A stretch of 64,000 bases of DNA from Candidatus Hydrogenedentota bacterium (GTDB taxonomy: Bacteria; Hydrogenedentota; Hydrogenedentia; Hydrogenedentales; SLHB01), in NCBI GenBank assembly GCA_963674865.2, contig CAXXYE010000004.1, positions 96,001 to 160,000 of the forward strand, read 5' to 3'. The notes beneath the pieces are model-generated. The model saw only the letters and a program-made list of their open reading frames with translations, had not been told where the DNA came from and ran no database searches. Below are positions 46,529 to 57,031 of the stretch, in pieces (the first letter of the stretch is position 1; each line of letters starts with the position of its first letter). A program made the translations under genes and the position numbers.

Positions 46529-48888
46529 GCGATAACGAGATATCCGCCGAGAGCATCCCGCCCGTCCAGGAGGCCGATATCCCAGAGAGCTTGCCCGCGC
46601 TGCTCCTGACGAATCAGGTGCTGTTCCCGATGGCCGTCGTGCCTGTTCGGCTTGACAAGAAACCGGAGGTGGGACTCGTCGACGACGTGGTCGTAGGCAA
46701 TCGTCTGCTGGCGACGCTCACGTGCAAAGACGAGGACAAGGATCAGTGCACCCTCGACAATGCCTATGAGTTCGGCTGCGTGGCGCGAGTTCTCCAGCTC
46801 CAGCGCCTGCCCGACGGCGGGCTCTTCGTGGTGCTCCAGGCTGTCAAGCGCTTTCGGGTGGCGGGTGTTGTTCAACGCGAACCGTACTTGGTGGTCCGCG
46901 TAGAGACACTCGAAGATGAGGCGCCGGATCCCAAGGCGCTTTCCCCGCTGGCGGCCAGCATCAAGCAGCAGATGCGGCAGCTGATCGCCCTGTCCCCGAA
47001 CATGCCGGAAGGGGCGAGCCAGATTGTCGAAAACGTCGATGATCCTGGTTTTCTCGCCGATCTTGTCGCGGCCAACCTGAGCGTGTCTACGGAAGAGAAG
47101 CAGCGCGTATTGGGCCTGACGGACCAGAAGCAGCGCCTGGAGCGTGTGCTGTATTTACTGGCGCGCGAAGTGGAGATGATGGAGGTCACGCACAAGATTC
47201 AGGATGACGTGAAGAGCTCCATCGACAAGAACCAGCGGGAGTACTTTCTGCGGCAGCAGTTGAAGGCGATCCAGGAAGAACTCGGCGAAACCGAGGACAG
47301 CCGCCCGGAGATTCGCGAGTATCGCGAGAAGATCGAGGCGCTTGGCCTCCCGGAAGAGGTCAATAAGGAGGCCCTTCGCGAGTTGGAGCGGCTCGCGCGG
47401 ATGAATGAGGCCAGCGCGGAGTATCACGTCATCGCTACCTACCTGGACTGGATTACCGAGCTGCCCTGGAACGCCTCCACCGAGGATCGCCTTGACATTG
47501 CTCGCGCCGAAGCCATTCTCAACGAAGATCACTACGGACTCGACAAGGTGAAGCGCCGGATTCTGGAGTATTTGGCCGTCCGCAAGCTCAAGCCGGACGC
47601 AGGGGGCCCCATCCTCTGCTTCGCGGGGCCTCCCGGCGTCGGCAAGACCTCCCTTGGCAAATCAATTGCGCGGGCTCTTGGCCGGGAATTCCTGCGCATG
47701 TCCCTCGGCGGCATGCGCGATGAAGCCGAGATTCGAGGACATCGCAAGACCTACGTCGGCGCCTTGCCGGGCCGGATTATCCAGGGCATTCACAAGGCGC
47801 AGACGAACAACCCCGTTTTCATGTTGGACGAGATCGACAAGGTAGGCGCGGATTTTCGGGGCGATCCTTCGTCCGCGCTGCTTGAGGTCCTCGATCCGGC
47901 CCAGAACGACTCCTTCACCGACCACTACCTGAACGTTGCCTTCGACCTCACCAAGGTGATGTTCATTGCCACCGCCAACGTCTTGGACACGATCCCCTGG
48001 GCGCTCCGCGACCGGATGGAGATCATCGAGATCCCCGGATACAACGAAGAGGAGAAGCTGCACATTGCACGGCGCTATCTGGTGCCGCGCCAACTCGAGG
48101 CCCATGGCATTCCCAAGGGCAAGCTGCGGTTCGCCGCCCCGGCCATTCGCAAGATCATCAGCTCTTACACCCGCGAGGCGGGCGTGCGGAATCTCGAGCG
48201 TGAGATTGCCAACGTCTGCCGCGGGTGCGCCCGACGCTTTGCCGAGGGCCACCACGAGCCAATATCGATCAAGCCCGATGTCCTGCGCGAATACCTAGGC
48301 AACGAGAAGGTCTTCCGCGAGGTCGCCGAGCGCACGCGCATCCCCGGCGTGGCTACCGGCCTTGCATGGACGCCTACCGGCGGCGACATCCTGTTTATCG
48401 AGGCCACCCGAATGGAGGGGAAGGGCGCGCTTGTCCTGACGGGGCAATTGGGCGATGTGATGAAGGAATCCGCGCAGACCGCCCTCAGTTATGTCCGCTC
48501 GAACGCCAGGGACTTGGGCCTGGGCGATTACGACTTCGCCAAGTACGACATTCACATCCACGTGCCGGCCGGGGCCGTTCCGAAGGATGGGCCCAGCGCC
48601 GGTGTCGCCATCCTGACGGCGGTTGTCTCACTTCTCACCGGCAAACGGGTGAAGAACGGCCTCGCCATGACCGGCGAGATATCGCTGCGCGGACAGGTGC
48701 TGCCCGTGGGGGGGATCAAGGACAAGGTGCTCGCCGCCGTGCGCGCCGGGATCAAAGAGGTTATCCTGCCGGAGCGCTGCCGGAACGATCTCGAAGAGGT
48801 ACCCGCCAGCACCAAGAAGAAGGCCGCCTTCCACTTTGTCTCGCGGATGGAAGAGGTCCTGGCGCTTGGAATCGGGATAGAGGTCTGA
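46525..48888 (+). CDS. lon: ATP-dependent Lon protease
   Basis: QREYFLRQQ, DHYGL, GPPGVGKTS, LDEIDK, PKDGPSAG (catalytic Ser), VGGIKDK; ATGA overlap with the hsp20 stop. Confidence 0.96.
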   Translation: MSDNEISAESIPPVQEADIPESLPALLLTNQVLFPMAVVPVRLDKKPEVGLVDDVVVGNRLLATLTCKDEDKDQCTLDNAYEFGCVARVLQLQRLPDGGLFVVLQAVKRFRVAGVVQREPYLVVRVETLEDEAPDPKALSPLAASIKQQMRQLIALSPNMPEGASQIVENVDDPGFLADLVAANLSVSTEEKQRVLGLTDQKQRLERVLYLLAREVEMMEVTHKIQDDVKSSIDKNQREYFLRQQLKAIQEELGETEDSRPEIREYREKIEALGLPEEVNKEALRELERLARMNEASAEYHVIATYLDWITELPWNASTEDRLDIARAEAILNEDHYGLDKVKRRILEYLAVRKLKPDAGGPILCFAGPPGVGKTSLGKSIARALGREFLRMSLGGMRDEAEIRGHRKTYVGALPGRIIQGIHKAQTNNPVFMLDEIDKVGADFRGDPSSALLEVLDPAQNDSFTDHYLNVAFDLTKVMFIATANVLDTIPWALRDRMEIIEIPGYNEEEKLHIARRYLVPRQLEAHGIPKGKLRFAAPAIRKIISSYTREAGVRNLEREIANVCRGCARRFAEGHHEPISIKPDVLREYLGNEKVFREVAERTRIPGVATGLAWTPTGGDILFIEATRMEGKGALVLTGQLGDVMKESAQTALSYVRSNARDLGLGDYDFAKYDIHIHVPAGAVPKDGPSAGVAILTAVVSLLTGKRVKNGLAMTGEISLRGQVLPVGGIKDKVLAAVRAGIKEVILPERCRNDLEEVPASTKKKAAFHFVSRMEEVLALGIGIEV

Positions 48889-48926
48889 TCGGACTCCATC
48901 TGTCCGGCGCGTCGGCGTTGTCGGCT

Positions 48927-50486
48927 CTATCGCAGCTTGGACTTTGACGCATCCACAATGGGCAGATGTACGGTGAACGTGGCGCCCTGCCCCGGCGTGC
49001 TATCGACGGCGATCTTGCCCCCGTGTTCCTGCACGATCTTGTAGCTGCATGCAAGCCCGAGCCCTATCCCGCTGGACCCCTTGGTGCTGTAGAACGCCTC
49101 CGACAGCCGGGACATAGCCTCCGGCTCGATGCCGCATCCGTCATCACGCACCTCAATGAGCCATTCTTCGTCATGGCGGGCCGTTGATACAATCACCAGG
49201 CTTCCCGTTTCTTGGCATGCCTCCACGGCGTTCGTGACAAGGTTCAGGATGACGCGGTAGATCGCGCGCCCGTCCACGTGAGCGATCTCAAGATCGCCCT
49301 TCTTAACCTCGAGCTTAGGCTTGCCATCTCGTACTTGGAGACGGACGTTCTCAACGACCTCCTCGACAACGGCGTTCAAGTCGGTTCCTGCGCGATCGGG
49401 CTTGTGGTCGCGCGAAAACGTCAGGAGGTTCATCACAAGCATGTCGACGCGTCCGATGGCGCGCCGCACGATTCGCCAGCCTTTGATGACCCACTGCCAA
49501 TTGCGCTCCTGGACCGCCTTATCGATGAACTCCGCCCCGCCAAGGACGCCCGCCAGGATGTTCTTCATGCAGTGGCCTACGCCGGCGGTGGCCTGGCCCA
49601 CGGCGGCAAGCCGCTCGCGCGCCACGCTCTCCTGGTAGAGGCGGGCGTTCTCCACGGCGACTCCCACTACTCTCCCCAGCGCCGTGAGCAGCTCAAGATC
49701 TTCATTCTGAAACGGCCCGGTCTCGGCCCCGGAGTCTACGTAGATGGCGCCTACGATGGATTGACGGCCGCACAGCGGGGCGCACATGGCTGAGTGGATC
49801 GCGTAGCCGATGATGCTGTCCGTCGCGCTGAACCGCTCGTCTTGCTGCGCGTCCTGCGTCAGGATGGCGTTCTTCTCGTCGAACACCCGCCGCAGCAGCG
49901 TACGGCTCAACGGCAGGCCTCCGAGGCCCTCCTCCTTCGCCAGCGATGCGCGCACCACCGGCTCATTCGTATCGGGGGACAAAGTCAGGATGAATCCTCG
50001 GCGGGCGCGGACAGACTCGAAGATGACCTGCAAGATTTGCTCGAAGAGCTCATCCAGGTCGAACACGCTGCCCAGGAGTTGGGCCGCTTTGTAGAGGGTC
50101 GGGAGCCGCCCCGAGCCCTCCTGCTTGACGATTCGATCGTAGAGCGTGCTCGCCCGATCATACGTGATGATTTTGCTTCGGGGGCGCTGCTCCTTGGCCT
50201 TGGCCACGACGAACCGGTAGTCGCCTATCGTCAGCTCATCGCCGATCTCAAGCCGCCCTTTCTTGACGCGCTTGCCGTCGATGCCAATCCCATTGCGGGA
50301 TTGAAGGTCCTCGACCATCAGGACGCCTTCTTCCACCCAGAGGCGGGCGTGCAAACGCGACACGTGCGGCCCGGAGAGCACCACGTTGGCTTCGGGCGAA
50401 CGCCCTACCAACGTGCCATCAGCGCTGATGGGCAAACGCCGAGACTCGCCTTCCTCGCCTACAAACACAAGCGCATAGTCAGGCAT
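48927..50486 (-). CDS. FHA-GAF-histidine kinase
   Basis: GR..SRLHA..SRNG (FHA), SAMCAPL..GAIYVD (GAF), GHCMKN, NLVTNA, DDGCG, GIGLGL. Confidence 0.9.
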   Translation of the reverse strand: MPDYALVFVGEEGESRRLPISADGTLVGRSPEANVVLSGPHVSRLHARLWVEEGVLMVEDLQSRNGIGIDGKRVKKGRLEIGDELTIGDYRFVVAKAKEQRPRSKIITYDRASTLYDRIVKQEGSGRLPTLYKAAQLLGSVFDLDELFEQILQVIFESVRARRGFILTLSPDTNEPVVRASLAKEEGLGGLPLSRTLLRRVFDEKNAILTQDAQQDERFSATDSIIGYAIHSAMCAPLCGRQSIVGAIYVDSGAETGPFQNEDLELLTALGRVVGVAVENARLYQESVARERLAAVGQATAGVGHCMKNILAGVLGGAEFIDKAVQERNWQWVIKGWRIVRRAIGRVDMLVMNLLTFSRDHKPDRAGTDLNAVVEEVVENVRLQVRDGKPKLEVKKGDLEIAHVDGRAIYRVILNLVTNAVEACQETGSLVIVSTARHDEEWLIEVRDDGCGIEPEAMSRLSEAFYSTKGSSGIGLGLACSYKIVQEHGGKIAVDSTPGQGATFTVHLPIVDASKSKLR

Positions 50487-50863
50487 GGATTCACTCTCCA
50501 GAGTTCGGACGTGGCCTTGTCCGAGGCGAAGGACCCGCATGATAGTGCGTGCCTCTTGCCGTAATCTCTTTTCCGCAGTCTACATCACGCTGTGCGCTCG
50601 CCGCCACCTCGCAAGCCTGCACGGCTCTACTTTCCTCGCAAGTCTTGGAGGGGGAAGGGCGCTAAGTCCCACGATTTCACCATTCCGTGCTGCCCATCCT
50701 GCAATCCTGTCTCAAACGGCCTTCCTCTTGCGCTCCCCTCCTTTGAAATCCATTCTTTGATACGCTACCTTCACGGCTGGGGCGATCGGAGGCCGTACGC
50801 TGGCGCGGCGATTACACGTCTCAAGAGATTGCCTCAGGGATTCGGAAATGTGTTTGGCCGCGT

Positions 50864-50915
50864 GGGAGGGTCGAGCTCCCGCTCGACCCCGGACGCGCAG
50901 GAGCGCGTCCCTCCC
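50864..50915 (-). repeat. Two-hairpin palindromic element, copy B
   Basis: Reverse complement GGGAG-GGACGCGC-TCCT-GCGCGTCC-GG-GGTCGAGC-GGGA-GCTCGACC-CTCCC aligns gaplessly to copy A. Confidence 0.8.
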
Positions 50916-50939
50916 GAATTGTCTTGAGAACGGGGCCGC

Positions 50940-52391
50940 TTGGGAGGCGTTGTGACCTTCTCCGAACAATACGCACAGCTACGGACCCTCGGCGCGGCGT
51001 ATGCTCGCGAAGACGAGCCTATCCGCGAGGAGGTGGTCTGCTGCGTCTGGTACGACCAACTCTACCAACAGGATGGGCTGTCGACGGATGATGGCCGCTC
51101 CATTGAAGTGGTGTCGCCGGGCTGGTGGAACAAGGGGGAAGGCCCCGACTTCAAAGGCGCGGAGGTCCGCATTGCGGGGCGGTTGAAGACAGGCGACATC
51201 GAGATCCACCTGGACCACCGCGGCTGGCGCCAACATGGGCACGATCTCGACAGCCGTTACGATGAGGTGCTGCTGGTAGTGTCGCTCGAAAGAGAGCCGC
51301 CAGGGCGTCCCCCGCGCAACTCACTTGGCCGTGCCGTGCCGAGTCTGCTCCTGGGCAACTTCCTTGAAGCGGACATACGCGATCTGGCCGACCGGCTTGC
51401 CTTCGATGACTATCCCTACGGCGTGGCCCAGGCGGCGGGGCGATGCTCCGCGCTTGTCGAGGCGCAGGGCCCGGCCCAACTTGAGAAGCTCCTTATGCTG
51501 GCGGGCGAATGGCGGATGCTCAACAAGGCCCGGACGCTGCGCCAGCGCATGGAAACGGCCGGCCCGGAGCAGGCCCTCTATGAGGCCTTTCTGTCCGCCT
51601 GCGGCTATAGCCATTTCAAGCATCATTTCGCGGCCATTGCCCGGCACCTGCCCTATGATCGCGCCCGCCAACTGGCCCGCCAGGACGGACTTCTGCTCGA
51701 AGCCGCGCTTCTGAGTATGGCCGGCCTACTGCCGGACGCCCTGCCCGAGGGCACCGCGGCGGCCCATTTCGCGCGGCTGCGGTCTTTGCGGCGTGAGCAT
51801 CTGCGCGGCCTCAAGCCTCTGCCACTGACCTGGCGCCGCGTCGGCGTGCGGCCTAACAACTATCCCGAGCGCCGGCTGGCGGGGGCGGCGCGTTTCCTGG
51901 CGCGCACGGCGCGCGACGGCCTGCTTGACACTTTGAACCATATATGGAGGATGGACTTAGCCGCGGTGGCCCGGCGCAGGGCATTCGAGGAGCTATTCCC
52001 CAAGCCGATGGGATTCTGGTCCGTCCATTGCAGTTGGACCGGCAAGAAGCTGGCGAGACCCGTGGCCCTGTTGGGCGCGCAACGCGTCCGATCGATCATC
52101 GGTAACGTATTCGTAGCAGGAGCGTTAGCGATTGCTCGGGCCAGGCGGGACCGGGATCTCGAAGACCGGGTGTTCGCGTTTTTCTCGGCGCTGCCCAAGG
52201 AGGCCGGAAACGAAGTGGTGCGGGCCATGCTGCCGCGCCTGTTCGGACAGGCGCCCCGCCCCAAGCTCGACTTCCGGCTGCAGCAGGGCATTTTGCAGAT
52301 GCACCAGGACTGGTGCCGCCCAAACCCCTCATGCGAAAGGTGTTCCGTGATGGGTTACTTGGGCTTGGACGGTGCGCAACGCCAGAAGTGA
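50940..52391 (+). CDS. DUF2851 family protein
   Basis: VSPG.WN..EGPDF, GDIEIH, W..HGHD.D..Y, RPNNYPERRL, QQGILQ..C....C..C. Confidence 0.82.
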   Translation: MGGVVTFSEQYAQLRTLGAAYAREDEPIREEVVCCVWYDQLYQQDGLSTDDGRSIEVVSPGWWNKGEGPDFKGAEVRIAGRLKTGDIEIHLDHRGWRQHGHDLDSRYDEVLLVVSLEREPPGRPPRNSLGRAVPSLLLGNFLEADIRDLADRLAFDDYPYGVAQAAGRCSALVEAQGPAQLEKLLMLAGEWRMLNKARTLRQRMETAGPEQALYEAFLSACGYSHFKHHFAAIARHLPYDRARQLARQDGLLLEAALLSMAGLLPDALPEGTAAAHFARLRSLRREHLRGLKPLPLTWRRVGVRPNNYPERRLAGAARFLARTARDGLLDTLNHIWRMDLAAVARRRAFEELFPKPMGFWSVHCSWTGKKLARPVALLGAQRVRSIIGNVFVAGALAIARARRDRDLEDRVFAFFSALPKEAGNEVVRAMLPRLFGQAPRPKLDFRLQQGILQMHQDWCRPNPSCERCSVMGYLGLDGAQRQK

Positions 52392-52440
52392 ATGGCTACA
52401 CTATCGTACCTGAATCAGCCCCGAATGGGCTCCTCAGCGC

Positions 52441-52866
52441 TCACAGACCCCGCTTTTCCTTGACGGTTCGGTCCACACCGAATGCCCTTGCGTGCAGAGG
52501 CTTACGCTGCCCCATACGCATCGTATTCAGCGCCTGACCGACCTCCATGTTCAGTTTCTTGAGGCAGTCCTCGCAAAGCCGTTTTCGAGTGCTGATGGCT
52601 CTTCCACCGCAGCGCCCGCACACCGCCGGCTCGGACACCGCCGTGTTCTCAATAAGACCCTCCGCAAGCATGCGGCGCACACAGGTTACGGCGACTCCCG
52701 CAGTTTCGGCAAGCGACTCGACCGTCGGGTCGGGATGTTCCGCCAGAGCGTCCCGAATGCGTCTGTAATCGGCCTCTTCGTCGGGCTGGCACTTCAGGCA
52801 AACGGCGGATTTCACCTTTGTGAAAACCGCCCCACAACGGGCGCATTTCGCAAAATCAAACCCCAT
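52441..52866 (-). CDS. YvyF-like flagellar-operon Zn-finger/HTH protein
   Basis: CARCGAVF..CLKC...EE.DY.RIRD, HTH ETAGV, CGRCG..I...RLCEDC. Confidence 0.75.
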   Translation of the reverse strand: MGFDFAKCARCGAVFTKVKSAVCLKCQPDEEADYRRIRDALAEHPDPTVESLAETAGVAVTCVRRMLAEGLIENTAVSEPAVCGRCGGRAISTRKRLCEDCLKKLNMEVGQALNTMRMGQRKPLHARAFGVDRTVKEKRGL

Positions 52867-52915
52867 TTTCGTCCTCTTGGGCTCGTTTCCGTGTCAAATG
52901 ACGACCAACTATTTC

Positions 52916-52944
52916 ATAGTATTCAAGATGTTGACAAAAATCAA
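52916..52944 (-). promoter_or_regulatory. Candidate sigma70 promoter with overlapping inverted repeats
   Basis: Minus strand TTGATT-17 bp-TACTAT. Confidence 0.5.
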
Positions 52945-52987
52945 CCTAGCGGCCATTGTCCAGTCTTGTTGGCAGTTTCAGGCGGCG

Positions 52988-54814
52988 TCAACCATCCAAA
53001 AGCGGCAGGACAACGGTGAAAGCAGCCCCCTGGCCCTCCTCGGAATCGATGAGTATTTTCCCGCCGTGGTTGTGGACGATGCCGTAGGAGACGCTGAGTC
53101 CGAGGCCGGTTCCCGCACCGATGTCGTGGGTGGTGAAGAAGGGGTCGAATACGCGAGCCTGATTCTGGCTGGAGAGTCCGGGGCCGTTGTCGGCAAAGCG
53201 GATATGGACGGCGCCGCTGTCGTTCTTGGTGGAGACCGTCAGCTCTCTCGGCCGATCGTCGACGCGGTTGAGTGCCTGTTGGGCGTTGGTGAGGATGTTC
53301 AGGAACACACGCTGTATCTCTTGCTGTGCGACGGCGACGGGGGGGAGGTCCGCCGCGAGGTCCGTTGAGACTTCGATGCCATCCGTGCGGAGTTGATAAT
53401 CCTGGAGAGCGAGGGTGTCGCGCAGCATTTTGTTAATGTCGTGAGGGGATTTCTCGGCTTCGCTTTGACGCGCGAAACCGAGGAGGTTATCGACGATACG
53501 GCGGCATCGATCGGCTTCGAGTGTGATGCGGTCGAGTCTCTCCTTGGCGTCGTCGGGCATATCACCCGCGTGGAGTAACTGAGCGTATCCCATGATTCCG
53601 GTGAGGGGGTTGTTCAGTTCATGGCCGATGCCCGCAATGACGTCCCTGAGGGCGGAGAGCCTATCTGGATCGCCGCTGCTTGCAGCTTCCGGTTGTTGAG
53701 GGGCCGGCTCAACAATGAGAATGAGAATTGACTCGACGGCCGCCCCTCCGCCGGGAAGCGGGATAAAGAACATGTCGGCGTCCAACGCGGCGCCGAAGGA
53801 TGTCGTGGCGGTTACACGCGTCTGCACCTTTGTCTTGGTGTCCCGGATATCGGCGAGGGCTTTGCCGATGACGGCGTGTGCCTCGGGACACACCGCGCTC
53901 AGAGGTTGGCCGAGCATGCCGCCGCTTGCGGCGCACCCTAGCAGTCGTGCGGCAGGTGGATTCATCTCCCGGACGGCGCCGCGCGCGTCCGTGAGTAGAA
54001 TTCCGTGCGGCGCGTCGGCCGCCAAATGGTCGGCACGGGCATTGGCGCGTTGCAGTTCCCGTTCGAGGCGGCGCACGAGGCGAAGGTCCCGAGCAACCGC
54101 GACAAAGGCGTGTACGCGGCCGTCGCGGATAATGGCGCTGGTAGATATCTCGGCGGGGAAGCGCGCGCCGTCTTTGGTGCACAGTGATAGAGTAAAGGGG
54201 GCTTGAATATCGGCGCCGGGCGATTCGAGGCGTGCTTCGATGAGATCCAGGTTGCCTGGGAGGACGAGGTCATAAAGGGATAGTCCGTCCCGGAGGTCTT
54301 CGTCGGTGAATCCTGTGAGCCGCAACCCTTCCGGATTCATGTAAAGGATATCGCCGGCCGTATCGTGAACGAAGACAACGTCCTGTATCGTGCTCATAAC
54401 GGCTTGGAGCAGGCCAAGGAACTCGACCTCCTCGGTAGGTGGCCGCTCAAGCGCGTGGTCCCCAGGCCAAATGCGGGCGCTTGGCCTAACGCCGCCCAAG
54501 GCGGAGATCGTCGTCTTAATGCTCCGCCGCACGGCCAATACGGTTTCCTGGAAGTCTTCCTCTTCTCCCGTTTGGCGGAGCGTTTCGATGGCCTCCGCTT
54601 GAAGGGCACGGAGCAGGCGTGCAATACGGGTGTCGGAGATGTTGAGTTCTCTCAGAGGCGTCGTATCAAGTGGTGTATCGACCGTCAAGTTGTCGGCCAA
54701 CAGACGGGCGATGTCCCCCAAAGGCTGGGCCAAAGCGTCTGCGTCGAGTGTTTCAGCCGCGGCTGCGGCGATCTGCTCCGCGCGTCGGCGGATTCGCGAT
54801 ATCTGAAGCGTCAT
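52988..54814 (-). CDS. Cytoplasmic PAS-PAS histidine kinase
   Basis: Two PAS-like segments; GHELNNPL, NILTNA, DNGPG, FDPFFTT, GTGLGL. Confidence 0.9.
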   Translation of the reverse strand: MTLQISRIRRRAEQIAAAAAETLDADALAQPLGDIARLLADNLTVDTPLDTTPLRELNISDTRIARLLRALQAEAIETLRQTGEEEDFQETVLAVRRSIKTTISALGGVRPSARIWPGDHALERPPTEEVEFLGLLQAVMSTIQDVVFVHDTAGDILYMNPEGLRLTGFTDEDLRDGLSLYDLVLPGNLDLIEARLESPGADIQAPFTLSLCTKDGARFPAEISTSAIIRDGRVHAFVAVARDLRLVRRLERELQRANARADHLAADAPHGILLTDARGAVREMNPPAARLLGCAASGGMLGQPLSAVCPEAHAVIGKALADIRDTKTKVQTRVTATTSFGAALDADMFFIPLPGGGAAVESILILIVEPAPQQPEAASSGDPDRLSALRDVIAGIGHELNNPLTGIMGYAQLLHAGDMPDDAKERLDRITLEADRCRRIVDNLLGFARQSEAEKSPHDINKMLRDTLALQDYQLRTDGIEVSTDLAADLPPVAVAQQEIQRVFLNILTNAQQALNRVDDRPRELTVSTKNDSGAVHIRFADNGPGLSSQNQARVFDPFFTTHDIGAGTGLGLSVSYGIVHNHGGKILIDSEEGQGAAFTVVLPLLDG

Positions 54815-55039
54815 TCGGTCTCTCCCCCCGAGTCGGCGCAACGTCAAAATAGCGCAAGAGGGTGGGCCGGATCAACCGGTGCTCACGGGCCATGCTCGAA
54901 GTATTCTACGCACTGAAAGGGAGGCGGAGGGCAAGGAACTGAGTGAGCCGGGAGGAAACAGATTGACATCGGCGCGGCAACGTGGTTGAATTTGGCGCGG
55001 GTCGATTGGGACGGGCACCTTCACGAAAGGATAAGCACT

Positions 55040-56050
55040 ATGGCTCTGAATGTTTCGATTGTAGGTATGGGCGGCATCGGCAATACGCACGCCCGGTGTT
55101 ACATGAAGGACCCGTTGGCGAAGGTGGTCGCGGTTTGCGATATCATCAAGGAACGCGCGGACAAGGCGGCGCAGGAGTACGGCTGCCCGGCGTTCTACAG
55201 TGTGAAAGAGATGCTGGCGAGCGGCATCAAGATCGATTGCTCGAGCATGTGTACAGCCGGCGTCGAGAACGGCGGCGACCACTATAAGCCGACGATGGAA
55301 CTATTGAACGCGGGGATTCCGGTGCTGGGCGAGAAGCCCATTTCGAACGAGGTCCCCAAAGCGAAGCGGATGGTCGCCTTAGCGAAGAAGAAGCGGCTGC
55401 GGTACGGGGTGGACTTGAATCACCGCTTCACGCCGGCGGCCCGGCTGGCCAAAGAGTGGGTGACGAAAGGCCGCTTGGGGCGGTTGCACATCATCAATAT
55501 GACGATGTGGATCAACAATCCGAATGAGACCTCGCCTCATTTTCATTTGCGCGCGCTGCATCCGCACTCCATCGATGTGATGCGCTATTTCTGCGGGGAC
55601 GTGGTGAGCGTTCAGGCGTTTATGCTTCGCGGCAAGACACAGGAAGGCAAACAGCGCAAGTGCTGGTCGAACGCTCAGGTGAATATGCTCTTCAAGAACG
55701 GGATGGTCGGCCACCTGACGGGCAGCTACGACGCGGGCGGCGGATTTGGCCTCGAGCGGTGCGAAGTGACGGGTAGTAAAGGCCGGTTTGTGATCGAAGA
55801 GGCGTGCGAAGAGTTGACGTTCTACACCCGCGCAAGTTCGGAGACGGAGCACTACCACCACCTTGGCGGTATGAAGAGTTTCGGCGAGACGTTTGCGAGC
55901 CGTATCCACCGCTGGCTGGAACAGAATGCGAAGAAGGTACGGCCCAGCATGATTGATGGCTCCGGCGAAGACGCGCTCAGGGCGCAGATGATCATTGAAG
56001 CAGCCATTGCCTCCTGGCACGAAAAGCGCATTGTCAATCTCCGATACTAG
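55040..56050 (+). CDS. Gfo/Idh/MocA-family oxidoreductase
   Basis: IVGMGGIG, GEKPI, NHRF, HSIDVMRYF; ATG after AAAGGA. Confidence 0.88.
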   Translation: MALNVSIVGMGGIGNTHARCYMKDPLAKVVAVCDIIKERADKAAQEYGCPAFYSVKEMLASGIKIDCSSMCTAGVENGGDHYKPTMELLNAGIPVLGEKPISNEVPKAKRMVALAKKKRLRYGVDLNHRFTPAARLAKEWVTKGRLGRLHIINMTMWINNPNETSPHFHLRALHPHSIDVMRYFCGDVVSVQAFMLRGKTQEGKQRKCWSNAQVNMLFKNGMVGHLTGSYDAGGGFGLERCEVTGSKGRFVIEEACEELTFYTRASSETEHYHHLGGMKSFGETFASRIHRWLEQNAKKVRPSMIDGSGEDALRAQMIIEAAIASWHEKRIVNLRY

Positions 56051-56120
56051 GCCGCATCCAGACAGGTGGCTAGGAGTCTGGGCGAGGCCGCGGTGAACAG
56101 AGCAAGGAAGGGCCAAGGCG

Positions 56121-56924
56121 ATGATTCGATTGGGCGTGAACACAGTGTTGTTCGGCAAGCACGACTTCCGGACGGCGATGCAGCACATCAAGTGGGCGGG
56201 ATTCGACGGCGCCGAGGTCTCGGCAATCAAGGGCATGTGTGAGCACTTGTGCCTGGACACCTGGAAACAGGATGCGGCGGAGATCAAGGCCATCGTGGAG
56301 GACCTCGAGCTCCCGCTCATGGCTATGGAGGAAGCAGCCCAGGATGAAGATCGGCTGATGACAGCCTTCGAGGCCGGCGCCGAGATCGGGATACCCGTCG
56401 TGAACATCGGCCCGGGGGGGAGCAAGGATAACAACCCGGACGACCTGAAGAAGCTGGTGGCATTTCTGACGAAGATGGCGGAGAAGGCGGAGCCGTTCGG
56501 CGTCACGCTCTGCGTGAAGGCGCATGTGGGGGCTTGCATGTGGAACACGCCGACGACGCTGATGGCAATGGCGCAGATCGATTCGCCCGCCTTTGGGGTG
56601 GACATGGACCCGAGCCATATTCACCGGGCCGGCGAGGTGCCTAAGGACGCCCTGGCCCAGGTTATCTCGCGGGTCAAGCACGTTCACATCCGCGACTGCG
56701 TCGGGCCGGGGCCAAGCCCAGGACCAGCGGAACTGCAGGCGTGCGGGCGCGGAGACATCGACCTGATGGGATACTGCAAGGTCTTGGCGGACCACGCGTA
56801 TGACGGCCCGGTGGACCTGGAGGTGATCGGAGCGGGCAAGTATGACGTAAGCCGTTGCGCGATCATTGCGGCGGAATCGTATGGTTACTTGAACGCATGT
56901 CTGAAGGCGTGCGGGGCGAGGTAG
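56121..56924 (+). CDS. Sugar phosphate isomerase/epimerase (xylose-isomerase-like TIM barrel)
   Basis: AGFDGAE, DMDPSH, HVHIRD, GRGDID, YDGPVDLE. Confidence 0.85.
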   Translation: MIRLGVNTVLFGKHDFRTAMQHIKWAGFDGAEVSAIKGMCEHLCLDTWKQDAAEIKAIVEDLELPLMAMEEAAQDEDRLMTAFEAGAEIGIPVVNIGPGGSKDNNPDDLKKLVAFLTKMAEKAEPFGVTLCVKAHVGACMWNTPTTLMAMAQIDSPAFGVDMDPSHIHRAGEVPKDALAQVISRVKHVHIRDCVGPGPSPGPAELQACGRGDIDLMGYCKVLADHAYDGPVDLEVIGAGKYDVSRCAIIAAESYGYLNACLKACGAR

Positions 56925-57031
56925 GGATTGATTGCCGGTTGCCTGGGCGGAAGGCCGACAGGAGCGGTGACAGCATGTGGCCGCAGGCAGGACCTCAGTG
57001 TGGTTCCGGGCCGCAAGTGAAAGGAATCGAA

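Noticed and set aside
55379..56605. 408-aa minus-strand ORF
   Set aside because: Antisense to two well-supported genes, with no motifs
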